The notes below the pieces were generated by a model that was not told where the DNA came from, searched no databases, and saw nothing but the letters and a program-made list of their open reading frames with translations. From NCBI GenBank assembly GCA_014653455.1, contig JACWEN010000001.1, positions 12,945 through 76,944 of the forward strand: 64,000 nt of DNA. The letters are read 5' to 3'. The stretch is from Pelagibacterales bacterium SAG-MED46. GTDB taxonomy: Bacteria; Pseudomonadota; Alphaproteobacteria; Pelagibacterales; Pelagibacteraceae. The position numbers and the translations under genes are program-made. Positions 30,167 to 39,638 of the stretch are shown piece by piece (position 1 is the stretch's first letter; every line of letters begins with the position of its first letter).

Positions 30167-31053
30167 TGGATTGGGATAAATTAAAAATATTTCATGCTGT
30201 AGCTGAGGCGGGTAGTTTTACTAATGCAACAGTCAATTTAAATTTAAGTCAATCTGCAATCAGTAGACAAATACAATCATTAGAGCAAGATTTAAAAGTT
30301 CAATTATTTGAAAGACATGCAAGAGGACTAACTCTTACTGAAAATGGTGAATATGTATTTAAAACTGCACATGAAGTAATTAGCAAACTAAAAGAAGTTG
30401 AAACTTCCTTAGGAGATCAAAAAAATAAGCCAACAGGAAAATTAACAATTACCACTGTTAGAAGTTTTGGAACTCACTGGTTAACACCAAGAATTCAAGA
30501 GTTTATGGGATTAAATCCAGAAATAGAAATTGAATTAGTATTTGATGATAAAGAGTTAGACTTAAGTACAAGACAAGCTGATATTGGTATTTTTATGAGA
30601 AGGCCAAAACAACTAAATTATATTCAAAAAAAATTAGTTGATATTAAATATTATATCTATGGGTCTAATAAATATTTAGAAAAATTTGGAATGCCAAAAA
30701 CAATTGCTGACCTAAACAAACATAAGTTTATTTCATTTGGAAAAGGTGCTCCTTCGCCAGTTTATAATCCTGATTGGGCATTAAAACTTGGAATGCATGA
30801 TGGTAAAAAAAGAAAAACAGTTATGAAAGTAAATAGTGTTATGGGTTTACTTTTAGCTGTTGAATCTGGAGTAGGGTTAGCGGCTTTACCAGAATATTTG
30901 GTATCAAATTCAGCTAACGTTATTAAAGTTTTACCTAAATCAGAAGGACCGATTACAGAAGCTCATTTTGTATATCCTCAATCACTTAAAAATACAGCTA
31001 GAGTTCAAGCTTTTAGAAATTTCTTATTTAGTAAAATTGGTGACTGGAAATAA
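30166..31053 (+). CDS. LysR family transcriptional regulator
   Basis: MDWDKLKIF..VAEAGSFT.A...L.LSQSA.SRQI..LE HTH followed by a substrate-binding domain. Confidence 0.96.
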   Translation: MDWDKLKIFHAVAEAGSFTNATVNLNLSQSAISRQIQSLEQDLKVQLFERHARGLTLTENGEYVFKTAHEVISKLKEVETSLGDQKNKPTGKLTITTVRSFGTHWLTPRIQEFMGLNPEIEIELVFDDKELDLSTRQADIGIFMRRPKQLNYIQKKLVDIKYYIYGSNKYLEKFGMPKTIADLNKHKFISFGKGAPSPVYNPDWALKLGMHDGKKRKTVMKVNSVMGLLLAVESGVGLAALPEYLVSNSANVIKVLPKSEGPITEAHFVYPQSLKNTARVQAFRNFLFSKIGDWK

Positions 31054-31114
31054 AATAATTCTTAATTAATTTTTTTACTTTAAATTAATTAACCCTTTAC
31101 AACTGCGACAATAT

Positions 31115-31152
31115 ATGCGATTGATAATCATTCGCATTGAGAATAATTCTCA
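31115..31152. promoter_or_regulatory. Tandem Fur-box-like palindromes upstream of the Fe(III) ABC operon
   Basis: ATGCGATTGAT-A-ATCATTCGCAT (31115-31137, one mismatch, TGATAATCA core) abuts the perfect 7-1-7 palindrome TGAGAAT-A-ATTCTCA (31138-31152), 35 nt before the ATG. Confidence 0.75.
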
Positions 31153-31187
31153 CTCGCAAATCAACAAGGGTAAAGAAAAAGGATAAA

Positions 31188-32207
31188 ATGAAAAAAGTAA
31201 CAATATTGGGAATAATCTTAGCATTCTTTACCAATTTAAGTTTTGCTGCTGAAGTAAATGTATTTAGTGCAAGACATTACGATTCAGATATTCAACTTTA
31301 TGAAAAATTTACTGCAAAAACAGGTATTAAAGTAAACGTTGTTTCTGGAAAAGATAAAGCTCTTCAAAAAAGAATTACTGAAGAGGGAGCAGACTCTAAA
31401 GCAGATATTTATATTACAGCAGATGCGGGAAGATTAGGTGCATTTGATGCAAAAGGAATGTTTCAAAATTCAATGACTACAGCAATCAAAACTGCTGTTC
31501 CAAAAAACTTTAGATCTACTAACTGGACTGGAATAGCTAAGAGAGCAAGAATTATGTATTATTCTCCTGAAAGAGTTAATGCTAATGAATTAAACGGAAT
31601 GACTTATGAAGGCCTTGCTGATCCTAAATGGAAAGGTAGAGTTGTTATAAGAAAATCAAATAATATTTACAATCAATCACTTGTTGCTTCATTAGTAAAA
31701 AATAATGGAAAAAAAGCTACTTGTGGATGGTCAAAAGGTATTGTTGCTAATATGGCTAGAGACTCTAAAGGGAATGATAGAGCTCAAATTCTAGCAGTTG
31801 CAGCTGGAGAAGCTGATTTAGCAGTAGCTAATACTTATTACTATGCTTTGATGTTATCTGGTAAAAAAGGCGCTGAACAACAAGCAGCTGCTAAAAAAGT
31901 ATTACCGTTTTTTCCAAATCAAGGTGATAGAGGAACTCATATGAACATTAGTGGTGGTGGAATTTTAAAAACTGCACCTAATGCAGATAATGCAAAAAAA
32001 CTTCTTGAGTTTTTATTAACTAAAGAAGCACAAGAACACATTGTTAATAATACATTTGAATATCCAATGATTGATGGTGTTGAGCCACATGATTTAGTAA
32101 AACAAATGGGTCTTAGTTTTAAACAAGATTTAAATACTAAAGTTGTTAATTACGGAAAAAATCAAGCAATAGCATTGGAATGTATGCTGGCTGCTAAGTG
32201 GAAGTAA
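31188..32207 (+). CDS. fbpA: Fe(III) ABC transporter substrate-binding protein (FutA/FbpA family; called SfuC in Pelagibacter)
   Basis: Signal peptide; SARHY..D, YNQSL, GNDRAQI, ANTYY tyrosine ligands, EYP. ATG 31188 follows AAGGA. Confidence 0.95.
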   Translation: MKKVTILGIILAFFTNLSFAAEVNVFSARHYDSDIQLYEKFTAKTGIKVNVVSGKDKALQKRITEEGADSKADIYITADAGRLGAFDAKGMFQNSMTTAIKTAVPKNFRSTNWTGIAKRARIMYYSPERVNANELNGMTYEGLADPKWKGRVVIRKSNNIYNQSLVASLVKNNGKKATCGWSKGIVANMARDSKGNDRAQILAVAAGEADLAVANTYYYALMLSGKKGAEQQAAAKKVLPFFPNQGDRGTHMNISGGGILKTAPNADNAKKLLEFLLTKEAQEHIVNNTFEYPMIDGVEPHDLVKQMGLSFKQDLNTKVVNYGKNQAIALECMLAAKWK

Positions 32208-32213
32208 TTAATA

Positions 32214-32408
32214 ATGGAAAAAAATTTATTTAATTTTAATAAAAATAATTCTTCTAATGCAAGTGGTTCACAAGTAGGTCAGATAACATGTGAAACATGT
32301 GCAAATGAGTGTAAAAAAATTGAAATTAAAATAAATAATAGAAAATTGTCTGATATAAAAAGTGAAGAGATTGATCATCTCATAAACATTTTTAGCAAAG
32401 AAGATTAA
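32214..32408 (+). CDS. Small hypothetical protein with a CxxCxxxC motif inside the iron operon
   Basis: 64 aa; starts 6 nt after the binding-protein stop; CETCANEC. Confidence 0.6.
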   Translation: MEKNLFNFNKNNSSNASGSQVGQITCETCANECKKIEIKINNRKLSDIKSEEIDHLINIFSKED

Positions 32409-32418
32409 TTTTCATTAA

Positions 32419-32466
32419 AGTGAACATAATTTAATAGTCTTTACCGTTCTATTAATTATGTTCACT
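32419..32466 (+). terminator. Intercistronic hairpin before the permease gene
   Basis: AGTGAACATAAT(T)TAATAG pairs with CTATTAATTATGTTCACT: 18 bp, one bulge, 11-nt loop. Confidence 0.6.
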
Positions 32467-32482
32467 AAAAATAAGGGTAAGT

Positions 32483-34102
32483 ATGTATTTAAGAAAAATA
32501 AATATTTGGTATTTAACTTCGTTCTTTATTTCAATTGCTGTAGCAATACCGATTATTACTGTATTTTCTAGTTTTTTTGATAGCACAAGCAATTATTCTG
32601 ATATTATCAAGAATACATTTCTTTACGATTATATATTCAATTCTTTATCTCTATTATTAGGGGTATTATGCTTAACTTTTGTAATTGGAGTATCGTGCGC
32701 ATACTTAGTTTCATTTTATAAGTTTACAGGATCAAATTTTTTTAAATGGGCATTGATTTTATCTTTTGCGGTGCCAGCTTATATTTATGCCTATTCTTTA
32801 ACAGCCTTTTTTGAAAATTATGGAACAGCGTTTACAATTTTAAAAAGTTTGTTTGGAGAAGGTAATTATAATTCTCAAATACCAAAGTTTGATGGTATGG
32901 CAGGAGCAATAGTTGCAATTTCATTTTCTTTATTTGGATATGTTTATGTATTAACAAGAGCTTCTTTTCATTATCAATCTCAAAATTTAATAGAGCTAGG
33001 AAAAAATCTTGGTTTTAGCAGGAAAAAATCTTTTTTTAAAATAATCTTACCTTCTGCAAGACCTGCAATAGTTGCTGGATTGTCTCTTGTTGCAATGGAA
33101 ACTTTATCTGATTTTGGATCAGTATCATTCTTTGGAATATCTACTCTTACAACAGGCATTTATAATGCATGGATTTCATTTGATGACCTAGCGTTAGCAA
33201 ATCAGCTATCCTTTTATCTGTTAATTTTTATACTTGGTTTATTTTTGTTAGAAAATTTTTCTAGAAAAAAAGCACAATATCATTCTCCTACAAAAGGAGG
33301 ATTTAAGAAAAAATCATTAACAACTTTACATGGTTATAAAGCTTTATTTGCTTTTTCTTTTTGTTTTTTAATTTTTTTCATAAGTTTTTTATTTCCTGTT
33401 CTTCAAATGCTTTATTGGACAATTATTTTCCCGAAACATTTAATTGATTTAGATCTAATTAGTTTATTTTCAAATACGATAATCTTAGTTTTATTATCAA
33501 GTTTTGTGTTAATTAGTTTTGCTTTTATTTCAAATTATGGAAATAGATTATCTAAAAGTAAGTTTTTAGAAATTTTAACTACTTTCTCTATCTCAGGTTA
33601 TGCTATACCAGGAATAATCTTAGCTGTTGCATTTATCACTTTTATTTCATGGTTTGATAATAATATTATTAATTTTTTTGATTTCAAAAATATTAAATCT
33701 ATTTTTATTGGCTCGATTTTAGGCTTGGTTATAGTTTATTTCATAAGATTTTATTCACTAGCTAGTAATGGGATTAAGTCCGGTTATTTAAAAATAAGTT
33801 ATTCAATTGACGAAAGTGCCTACTTATTAGGATATTCAAAATTTAAAACTTTTAGAAATATTCATATTCCTTATTTAAAAAATTCTATTCTATTGATTGG
33901 TATTTTGATTTCTATAGAAATTATAAAAGAGTTGCCAATTACACTAATAATGAGACCTTTTAATTTTGAAACTTTTGCTACACAAGCTTATATCTATGCT
34001 TCTCAAGACTTACTTGAAGCTGCCGCAGCACCTTCGTTATTTCTTATTCTTATTGCAAGTTTCTTTATTTTAATTACATCTAGATATATTCTTAAGGATT
34101 AA
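32483..34102 (+). CDS. fbpB: Fe(III) ABC transporter permease
   Basis: Two permease repeats; P.YI.AY, LP.ARPAI.AG..LV.METLSDFG, KELP.TL..RPFNFET.A. Confidence 0.95.
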   Translation: MYLRKINIWYLTSFFISIAVAIPIITVFSSFFDSTSNYSDIIKNTFLYDYIFNSLSLLLGVLCLTFVIGVSCAYLVSFYKFTGSNFFKWALILSFAVPAYIYAYSLTAFFENYGTAFTILKSLFGEGNYNSQIPKFDGMAGAIVAISFSLFGYVYVLTRASFHYQSQNLIELGKNLGFSRKKSFFKIILPSARPAIVAGLSLVAMETLSDFGSVSFFGISTLTTGIYNAWISFDDLALANQLSFYLLIFILGLFLLENFSRKKAQYHSPTKGGFKKKSLTTLHGYKALFAFSFCFLIFFISFLFPVLQMLYWTIIFPKHLIDLDLISLFSNTIILVLLSSFVLISFAFISNYGNRLSKSKFLEILTTFSISGYAIPGIILAVAFITFISWFDNNIINFFDFKNIKSIFIGSILGLVIVYFIRFYSLASNGIKSGYLKISYSIDESAYLLGYSKFKTFRNIHIPYLKNSILLIGILISIEIIKELPITLIMRPFNFETFATQAYIYASQDLLEAAAAPSLFLILIASFFILITSRYILKD

Positions 34103-34109
34103 TAGCTCT

Positions 34110-35168
34110 ATGTCACAAAACTTTTTAGAAATCGAAAATGTTACTTTTGCTGCTAGTGATAAAAATAAAGTTAATAACGTCTCATTAAACATAGAGAATG
34201 AAGGAGATATTGTTTGCCTATTAGGTCCATCTGGAATTGGCAAGACAACAATATTAAGAACTATAGCTGGTCTTGAGAAAATTCAATCAGGGAGAATTTC
34301 CTTAAAAAATAAAATTATTTCCTCTAAAGAGGTTCATGTTGAGCCAGAAAACAGAAATATTTCATTGGCATTTCAAGATAATTCACTTTTTCCTCACTAT
34401 AATGTTCTTCAAAACATTCAATTTGGAGCTGAAAGAAATAAAAAAAAGAAAAAAAGCTTAACTATTAATGAAGTTATAAAATTTCTTCATTTAGATCATG
34501 TTAAAGATAAATTTCCTCATCAAATTAGCTCTGGAGAAGCTCAAAGAGCAGCTTTAGCAAGATCATTACTTTCTAAACCAGATTTGCTTTTATTAGATGA
34601 ACCATTATCAAATGTAGATCAAAGTTTTAAAGAAGAAATTCAAGTCAAACTAAAACAAGTTTTAACTGATTTAAAAATTACTTCAATTATAGTTACACAC
34701 GACTCCTATGAAGCATTTTATCTTGGTAGTAAGTGTGGAATAATTTTAGATAGCCAATTGAAACAATATGATGACCCTTATAACGTTTATCATTTTCCAA
34801 ACTCTGTAGATGTTGTAAATTTTTTAAATAGAGGGATTTTAATTCCAGCAAAAGTTACAGGAGAAAATAGTCTAGAAAATAAAGATTTAGGAACTATAAA
34901 TGGAAATTTTACTAAACATTATCCAAAAGGTTCTGATGTTCAATTATTATTACAGCCTGAAGATCTAGAGCACGATGATCAGAGTAATTTGAAGCTAGAA
35001 GTTGTAGATAGAAAATTTAGAGGTACCAACTTTATCTATACTTTAAAAACAGCTAGTGATTTGTTGATACCAGTTTTTGTTCACTCTCACCATATACACC
35101 AACATGAAGTTGATGAAAAATTTGGTATTAAGAGACCAATTAATATTGATCACATAGTTTGTTTTTAA
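34110..35168 (+). CDS. fbpC: Fe(III) ABC transporter ATP-binding protein
   Basis: Walker A GPSGIGKT, variant signature ISSGEAQR, LLLDEP, VTHD; His-rich C-terminal HSHHIHQH. Confidence 0.93.
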   Translation: MSQNFLEIENVTFAASDKNKVNNVSLNIENEGDIVCLLGPSGIGKTTILRTIAGLEKIQSGRISLKNKIISSKEVHVEPENRNISLAFQDNSLFPHYNVLQNIQFGAERNKKKKKSLTINEVIKFLHLDHVKDKFPHQISSGEAQRAALARSLLSKPDLLLLDEPLSNVDQSFKEEIQVKLKQVLTDLKITSIIVTHDSYEAFYLGSKCGIILDSQLKQYDDPYNVYHFPNSVDVVNFLNRGILIPAKVTGENSLENKDLGTINGNFTKHYPKGSDVQLLLQPEDLEHDDQSNLKLEVVDRKFRGTNFIYTLKTASDLLIPVFVHSHHIHQHEVDEKFGIKRPINIDHIVCF

Positions 35169-35180
35169 TAAAAGAAGCAG

Positions 35181-35867
35181 ATGCTTTCAAAAAAACAATT
35201 ATTTACGAAAGGGATGTTGGATATATCTCCACACATGTTATCAGTAATTCCATTTGGAATTATTTGTGGGGCAATAGGAGTTGAGCTTGGATTTAATCCA
35301 TACTTAGTTTATGCAATGTCTATCATTATTTTTGGAGGAGCATCACAAATTGTATTTTTGCAGTTATTATCAGGAGGCGCCTCTAGTTTAGTTGCTGTTA
35401 CATCAGTTGGAATTATCAATTCGAGACACTTATTATACGGAGCAGTTTTATCTGAATATCTTGAAAAACTATCATTTATTAAAAAGTTATTAATTTCTTA
35501 TTTTGTAGTAGATCAAGGATTTTCTGAGTCTAATAAATTTTTTAAAAAAAACAAAACTGAGCAACATCTTCATTACCATCTGATTGGAACAGGATGTACA
35601 ATGTGGGTTTGCTGGCAAATTGCAACATTATCAGGCATAATTTTAGGATCATTTGTACCGGAAGAACTTGGATTAAAATTTGCAATACCACTTACTTTTA
35701 TAGCTATCGTTGTTCAAGATTTAAAAAAAATTGATCACGTAATTGTCATGATTACTTGTGGTTTAAGTTCTTTATTATTTTTTGACGCTCCATTTAAGTC
35801 TTATATAATTATATCACCGATTATTGCTTTATTTGTTGCTTCATTAATATTGAGGTTAAAAAAATGA
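35181..35867 (+). CDS. azlC: AzlC family branched-chain amino acid exporter subunit
   Basis: PFG...G, MS...F.GASQ, N.RHLLYG, G...W..W, GL.FA.PL.F. Confidence 0.9.
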   Translation: MLSKKQLFTKGMLDISPHMLSVIPFGIICGAIGVELGFNPYLVYAMSIIIFGGASQIVFLQLLSGGASSLVAVTSVGIINSRHLLYGAVLSEYLEKLSFIKKLLISYFVVDQGFSESNKFFKKNKTEQHLHYHLIGTGCTMWVCWQIATLSGIILGSFVPEELGLKFAIPLTFIAIVVQDLKKIDHVIVMITCGLSSLLFFDAPFKSYIIISPIIALFVASLILRLKK

Positions 35868-36181
35868 GTTGGTTGTCAATTATTATTGCAGGAATACTAA
35901 CTTACTTTACACGAATGACCATGATTGCATTAATTAATAGAGATATGCTTGGAGATAGAATTAAAGCTGTATTGGAATATGTTCCTTCAGCTGTATTTCC
36001 AGCAATAATATTCCCAGCTATTTTTATTAATGATTATGGATCATTTGTTGAAATAAATGATCCTAAAATTTTTGGTGCTATTGTTGCAATTATTGTGGGT
36101 TATTTCTCAAAAAATATTATTGCAACAATTATAACTGGATTAATTTCTTATTGGTTTTTAATTTTTGTTATCTTTAATTAG
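35864..36181 (+). CDS. azlD: AzlD family protein
   Basis: G..TY..R, L.YVP.A...AII; ATGA overlap with azlC. Confidence 0.85.
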   Translation: MSWLSIIIAGILTYFTRMTMIALINRDMLGDRIKAVLEYVPSAVFPAIIFPAIFINDYGSFVEINDPKIFGAIVAIIVGYFSKNIIATIITGLISYWFLIFVIFN

Positions 36182-36857
36182 CACCTAATAGAATATTTCT
36201 ACTAACATTTGTTTCTATCATTTTAGGCTTAGCCAGGTTTAACTTAGACATTATATCCACATACTCATCTACGCTTTTAACTTGTAATCTAGGGTTAAAT
36301 CTTTTTTCATTCCCGATAGTACTTGAAAACTTACCATTGTAATCGTGACCAGGATAAACCAAAGTTTCTTCTGGTAATTTTAAAAGATTATTGAATAAAG
36401 AATTGTAAGCATCTTTAGAGCTTCCATTTTGAAAATCTGTTCTACCAGTTCCGTTTATCAAAAGTGTATCACCTGTAAAAATAAAATTATCTAATAAAAA
36501 ACTATAACTGTCAGAAGTATGTCCAGGAGTATATAAAGATTTTATTTTAAAACTTTCAATTTCTATGATTTCACCATCCTTTACTTTTATATCTACGGTG
36601 TCAGCTGGAGTATGCTCTCCCATAAGTGTTGTGCAATTAGTGACTTGTTTTAACTTGGAGGCACCAGTTATATGATCAGCATGAATATGAGTATCTATTA
36701 CCTTAACAAGTTTAAGATCTAGCTCTGATAAAATTTTTATATATCTTTCGACATTTTCTATTACAGGATCAATAATTACTGCTTCGCGACCTTTTGCCGA
36801 TGCAATTATGTACGTGTAAGTAGAGGTTTTGGTATCAAATTCTTGTTTAAAAATCAT
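36174..36857 (-). CDS. Persulfide dioxygenase (ETHE1-like MBL-fold protein)
   Basis: TSTYTYII, IIDPV, THIHADHITG, TPGHT, FTGDTLLI.G.GRTDFQ.G, YPGHDY.G, E...NPRL. Confidence 0.9.
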   Translation of the reverse strand: MIFKQEFDTKTSTYTYIIASAKGREAVIIDPVIENVERYIKILSELDLKLVKVIDTHIHADHITGASKLKQVTNCTTLMGEHTPADTVDIKVKDGEIIEIESFKIKSLYTPGHTSDSYSFLLDNFIFTGDTLLINGTGRTDFQNGSSKDAYNSLFNNLLKLPEETLVYPGHDYNGKFSSTIGNEKRFNPRLQVKSVDEYVDIMSKLNLAKPKMIETNVSRNILLGAN

Positions 36858-36882
36858 TTCAGATTAATATCAAATTTTAAAG

Positions 36883-37317
36883 ATGACCTCTACAATAGAT
36901 TGGAACCATAAAGTAACATGGATGGTAAGTGCAAAAAATACTTTTTGGTGCCTTTTGGGTTGTGCTATTGGGGATTTGGGTACAATTTTATTTTTTCAAT
37001 TATCCGAAATACCTTTTCCTCTAATGGGGATAATGATTTTAGCTATTATTAATGGATTAATAACAAGTATTATTCTTGAAACGTTTATTTTAATGAGACA
37101 AAAAATTTCCTTTGTTAATGCTCTAAAAACAGCCTTAGGAATGAGTTTAATTTCAATGATTAGCATGGAGATAACGATGAATCTTACTGATTACATTTTA
37201 ACTGGAGGAGCGATCTTAACATGGTGGGTAGTTCCAATAATGTTAATTGTTGGGTTTTTAACTCCATGGCCATACAATTATTGGAGACTTAAAAAATTTG
37301 GAATTAATTGTCATTAA
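36883..37317 (+). CDS. DUF4396 family membrane protein
   Basis: T..CL.GC.IG, A.GMS.ISM..ME, GFL.PWPYNYW. Confidence 0.8.
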   Translation: MTSTIDWNHKVTWMVSAKNTFWCLLGCAIGDLGTILFFQLSEIPFPLMGIMILAIINGLITSIILETFILMRQKISFVNALKTALGMSLISMISMEITMNLTDYILTGGAILTWWVVPIMLIVGFLTPWPYNYWRLKKFGINCH

Positions 37318-37344
37318 GCTTTCAAATATTTATTTAGATAAATT

Positions 37345-38055
37345 ATGAAATCATTAAAGAACTGGGATAATGAAACATGGCTATCATCAAAAAAATATAT
37401 TTATTCTTTTAATAAATTTATTTTAAAACAAAAAAAATTGAACAAACATTCAAAAATATTGGATATAGGGTGTGGAAGAGGAAAAATAATAGGTGATTTG
37501 TTCAAAAAATTAAAACTAATTAATAAACCCATAGGCCTTGATATAGAAAATCATCATGACAAAAGTAAAAAAATTGTTTTTAAAAAAATAGATGGACTAT
37601 CTTTTGTTTCTAAAACAAAAAAAACTTTTGATTTAATCTTAATCAAACAAACAATTCATTTATTGAAAAATAATCAAATCAAAAAATTAATTTCAATTTG
37701 TAAAAATAAACTAAACCCTGAGGGAAAAATTTTAATTTTAAGTTTAGATCCTAAAAAGAATGAAATACCTTCATTTTCTTTAATGAATAGTAAATTAAAT
37801 ATATCTTTTAAAAGAGATAAAAAAATTTTGGAGTCAATATCTAAAATTTACCCAAAAATAATTACTAAATATTTTGTATTTGACGTAAAAATTTTAAAAA
37901 AAACATACATTAAAATGATTAAAAATAGATTTATTTCAACTTTACTCAATTTGAGTGATAATCAAATTAAAAAAGGATTAGATGAAGTTAATATCAAATA
38001 TAAAAAGAATTTAAAATTCAAAGATAGATTAATTTGTTTGATTATAAGTAAATAA
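37345..38055 (+). CDS. Class I SAM-dependent methyltransferase
   Basis: ILDIGCGRG motif I, FDLI, L.P.G.I.I. Confidence 0.85.
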   Translation: MKSLKNWDNETWLSSKKYIYSFNKFILKQKKLNKHSKILDIGCGRGKIIGDLFKKLKLINKPIGLDIENHHDKSKKIVFKKIDGLSFVSKTKKTFDLILIKQTIHLLKNNQIKKLISICKNKLNPEGKILILSLDPKKNEIPSFSLMNSKLNISFKRDKKILESISKIYPKIITKYFVFDVKILKKTYIKMIKNRFISTLLNLSDNQIKKGLDEVNIKYKKNLKFKDRLICLIISK

Positions 38056-38583
38056 TTAGAGAATTTTTTTTAATAAATTATCATTAAAGAAAAATTTATG
38101 AATAATTACCGCTATTACATGGATAGCGATTAATACAATTATAAAATAATTCGAAAATATATGAATGTCATAAAAAAATTCTGCTAATTCAAAATTATCT
38201 TGAATCGTAATTTTTTTGAAAATGATTACTAAAGTTTCTCCGTTAAATAATTTTTTTAAAATTCCAGATATAGTGATTGATAAAATTGTCACATATAGCA
38301 GTACATGATTTAGTTTTGCTAAAAATTTTTGCCCCTTAAAAATACTTTGAGCTAATTTTGGTGTTGGATTAATAATTTTGCTTAATAATCTTAAAATTAC
38401 TAAATAAAATATAGATAATCCAATTATTACATGAATATTTTCAATACTTATTCTTTCTGGACCAAAATCTAAATCGACTAAATAAAATCCAAGTGGGATT
38501 TGTATAAAAAGTAATATTGCACTTATCCAGTGTAATAATTTTGAAATTAAACCATACTCTGTTAGTGTATTTCTTAGATGCAT
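38056..38583 (-). CDS. Cytochrome b561 (YceJ-like)
   Basis: YG.ISK.LHW, H...G, H..LY, IH...H heme ligands across 4 TM segments; start at 38583 or 38598. Confidence 0.88.
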   Translation of the reverse strand: MHLRNTLTEYGLISKLLHWISAILLFIQIPLGFYLVDLDFGPERISIENIHVIIGLSIFYLVILRLLSKIINPTPKLAQSIFKGQKFLAKLNHVLLYVTILSITISGILKKLFNGETLVIIFKKITIQDNFELAEFFYDIHIFSNYFIIVLIAIHVIAVIIHKFFFNDNLLKKIL

Positions 38584-39045
38584 AAAGTAATTAAACATAT
38601 TGTAACTAATATTGGTATTAGTTTGTTTTTAATTCTTTCAATATTGATAGCCCCTAAAGCTTATTCAGATCAATCTACTGAAGATATTATTAAAGGCAGA
38701 AAAGCCTTATTTAGTAAGAATTATAAGACCGCAAAAAAAGTGCAATCATTATCAGCTAGGGGTGATTTTGATGAGGCAAAAGAACTAATGAATGAGATGA
38801 GTGAAAACTATGAAGTTTTATTAAAATTATTTCCTGAAAATTCTAAAGAAGGGTTTCAAACAGAGGCACTACCTATTATCTGGGAAGAAAAAGAAAACTT
38901 TGATAATTTAATGAATAAGGCTTCTAAAGATATGATCGAATTAGTTGCAATTATCGAAGATGCAGATGATATCAGAGGTTCTATTAAAAAATTCATGTGG
39001 AGTAATTGTAAAGCTTGTCATACCAAATATAGAGAAGAACATTAA
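38578..39045 (+). CDS. Cytochrome c' / c556 (class II)
   Basis: Signal peptide, R...F, LFP..S, A.P.IW, C-terminal CKACH. Confidence 0.9.
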   Translation: MHKVIKHIVTNIGISLFLILSILIAPKAYSDQSTEDIIKGRKALFSKNYKTAKKVQSLSARGDFDEAKELMNEMSENYEVLLKLFPENSKEGFQTEALPIIWEEKENFDNLMNKASKDMIELVAIIEDADDIRGSIKKFMWSNCKACHTKYREEH

Positions 39046-39070
39046 TCGTTGTATTAATTATTTATTTTAT

Positions 39071-39595
39071 ATGATTCCTGTAAAAGCAAAAGAGCATTTA
39101 GAAGAATACATTAATCAAGAAGTGTATGTTCAGGTTGCTATAATCAAAGGTAAAGAAAAAGTTTCAACTGAAATTGCAATTAATAAATATTTTAATAGCA
39201 ATCATTTTAGAGATCTATCAGAAGGTAGACCTTATGATCATTTTATCGATGGTCTTAAAGATAAATGTCTCGGTAAGTTAAAAAATTCACCAATGAGATA
39301 TAAACAAACAAGCGATCAAACAATTAAAAAATTACAAGATAAATTAAATAAATTAAATGATGAAGAATTAGATAATACATTTTGGGAAATTGAAACTGGT
39401 GAATTTTTTTCGAGTAATCAAATTAAAGAATTAGAAGAAAAGCGTAATGATTTAATTGAAAGATTAAATCTCTCAGTAAATGAAAAAGAAGTTTATCAAA
39501 CAATTAAAAGTTTTTGCAAAAGTTATGAAAAACTTTGTCAAAAAAAATATCCTGAAGCACCACTTCCACTTGAAATATTAAAATCAGTTAATTAA
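39071..39595 (+). CDS. Hypothetical protein
   Basis: ATG 39071 avoids overlap with cytochrome c'; no recognisable motif. Confidence 0.7.
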   Translation: MIPVKAKEHLEEYINQEVYVQVAIIKGKEKVSTEIAINKYFNSNHFRDLSEGRPYDHFIDGLKDKCLGKLKNSPMRYKQTSDQTIKKLQDKLNKLNDEELDNTFWEIETGEFFSSNQIKELEEKRNDLIERLNLSVNEKEVYQTIKSFCKSYEKLCQKKYPEAPLPLEILKSVN

Positions 39596-39638
39596 TTAAA
39601 GTTTGATCTTTTAAGATGTTAGCTAAAAAGCTCCCATA

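Noticed and set aside
31137..31187. Extended N-terminus of the iron-binding protein from TTG 31137
   Set aside because: It overlaps the operator palindromes. ATG 31188 has an SD-like AAGGA and gives a normal signal peptide.
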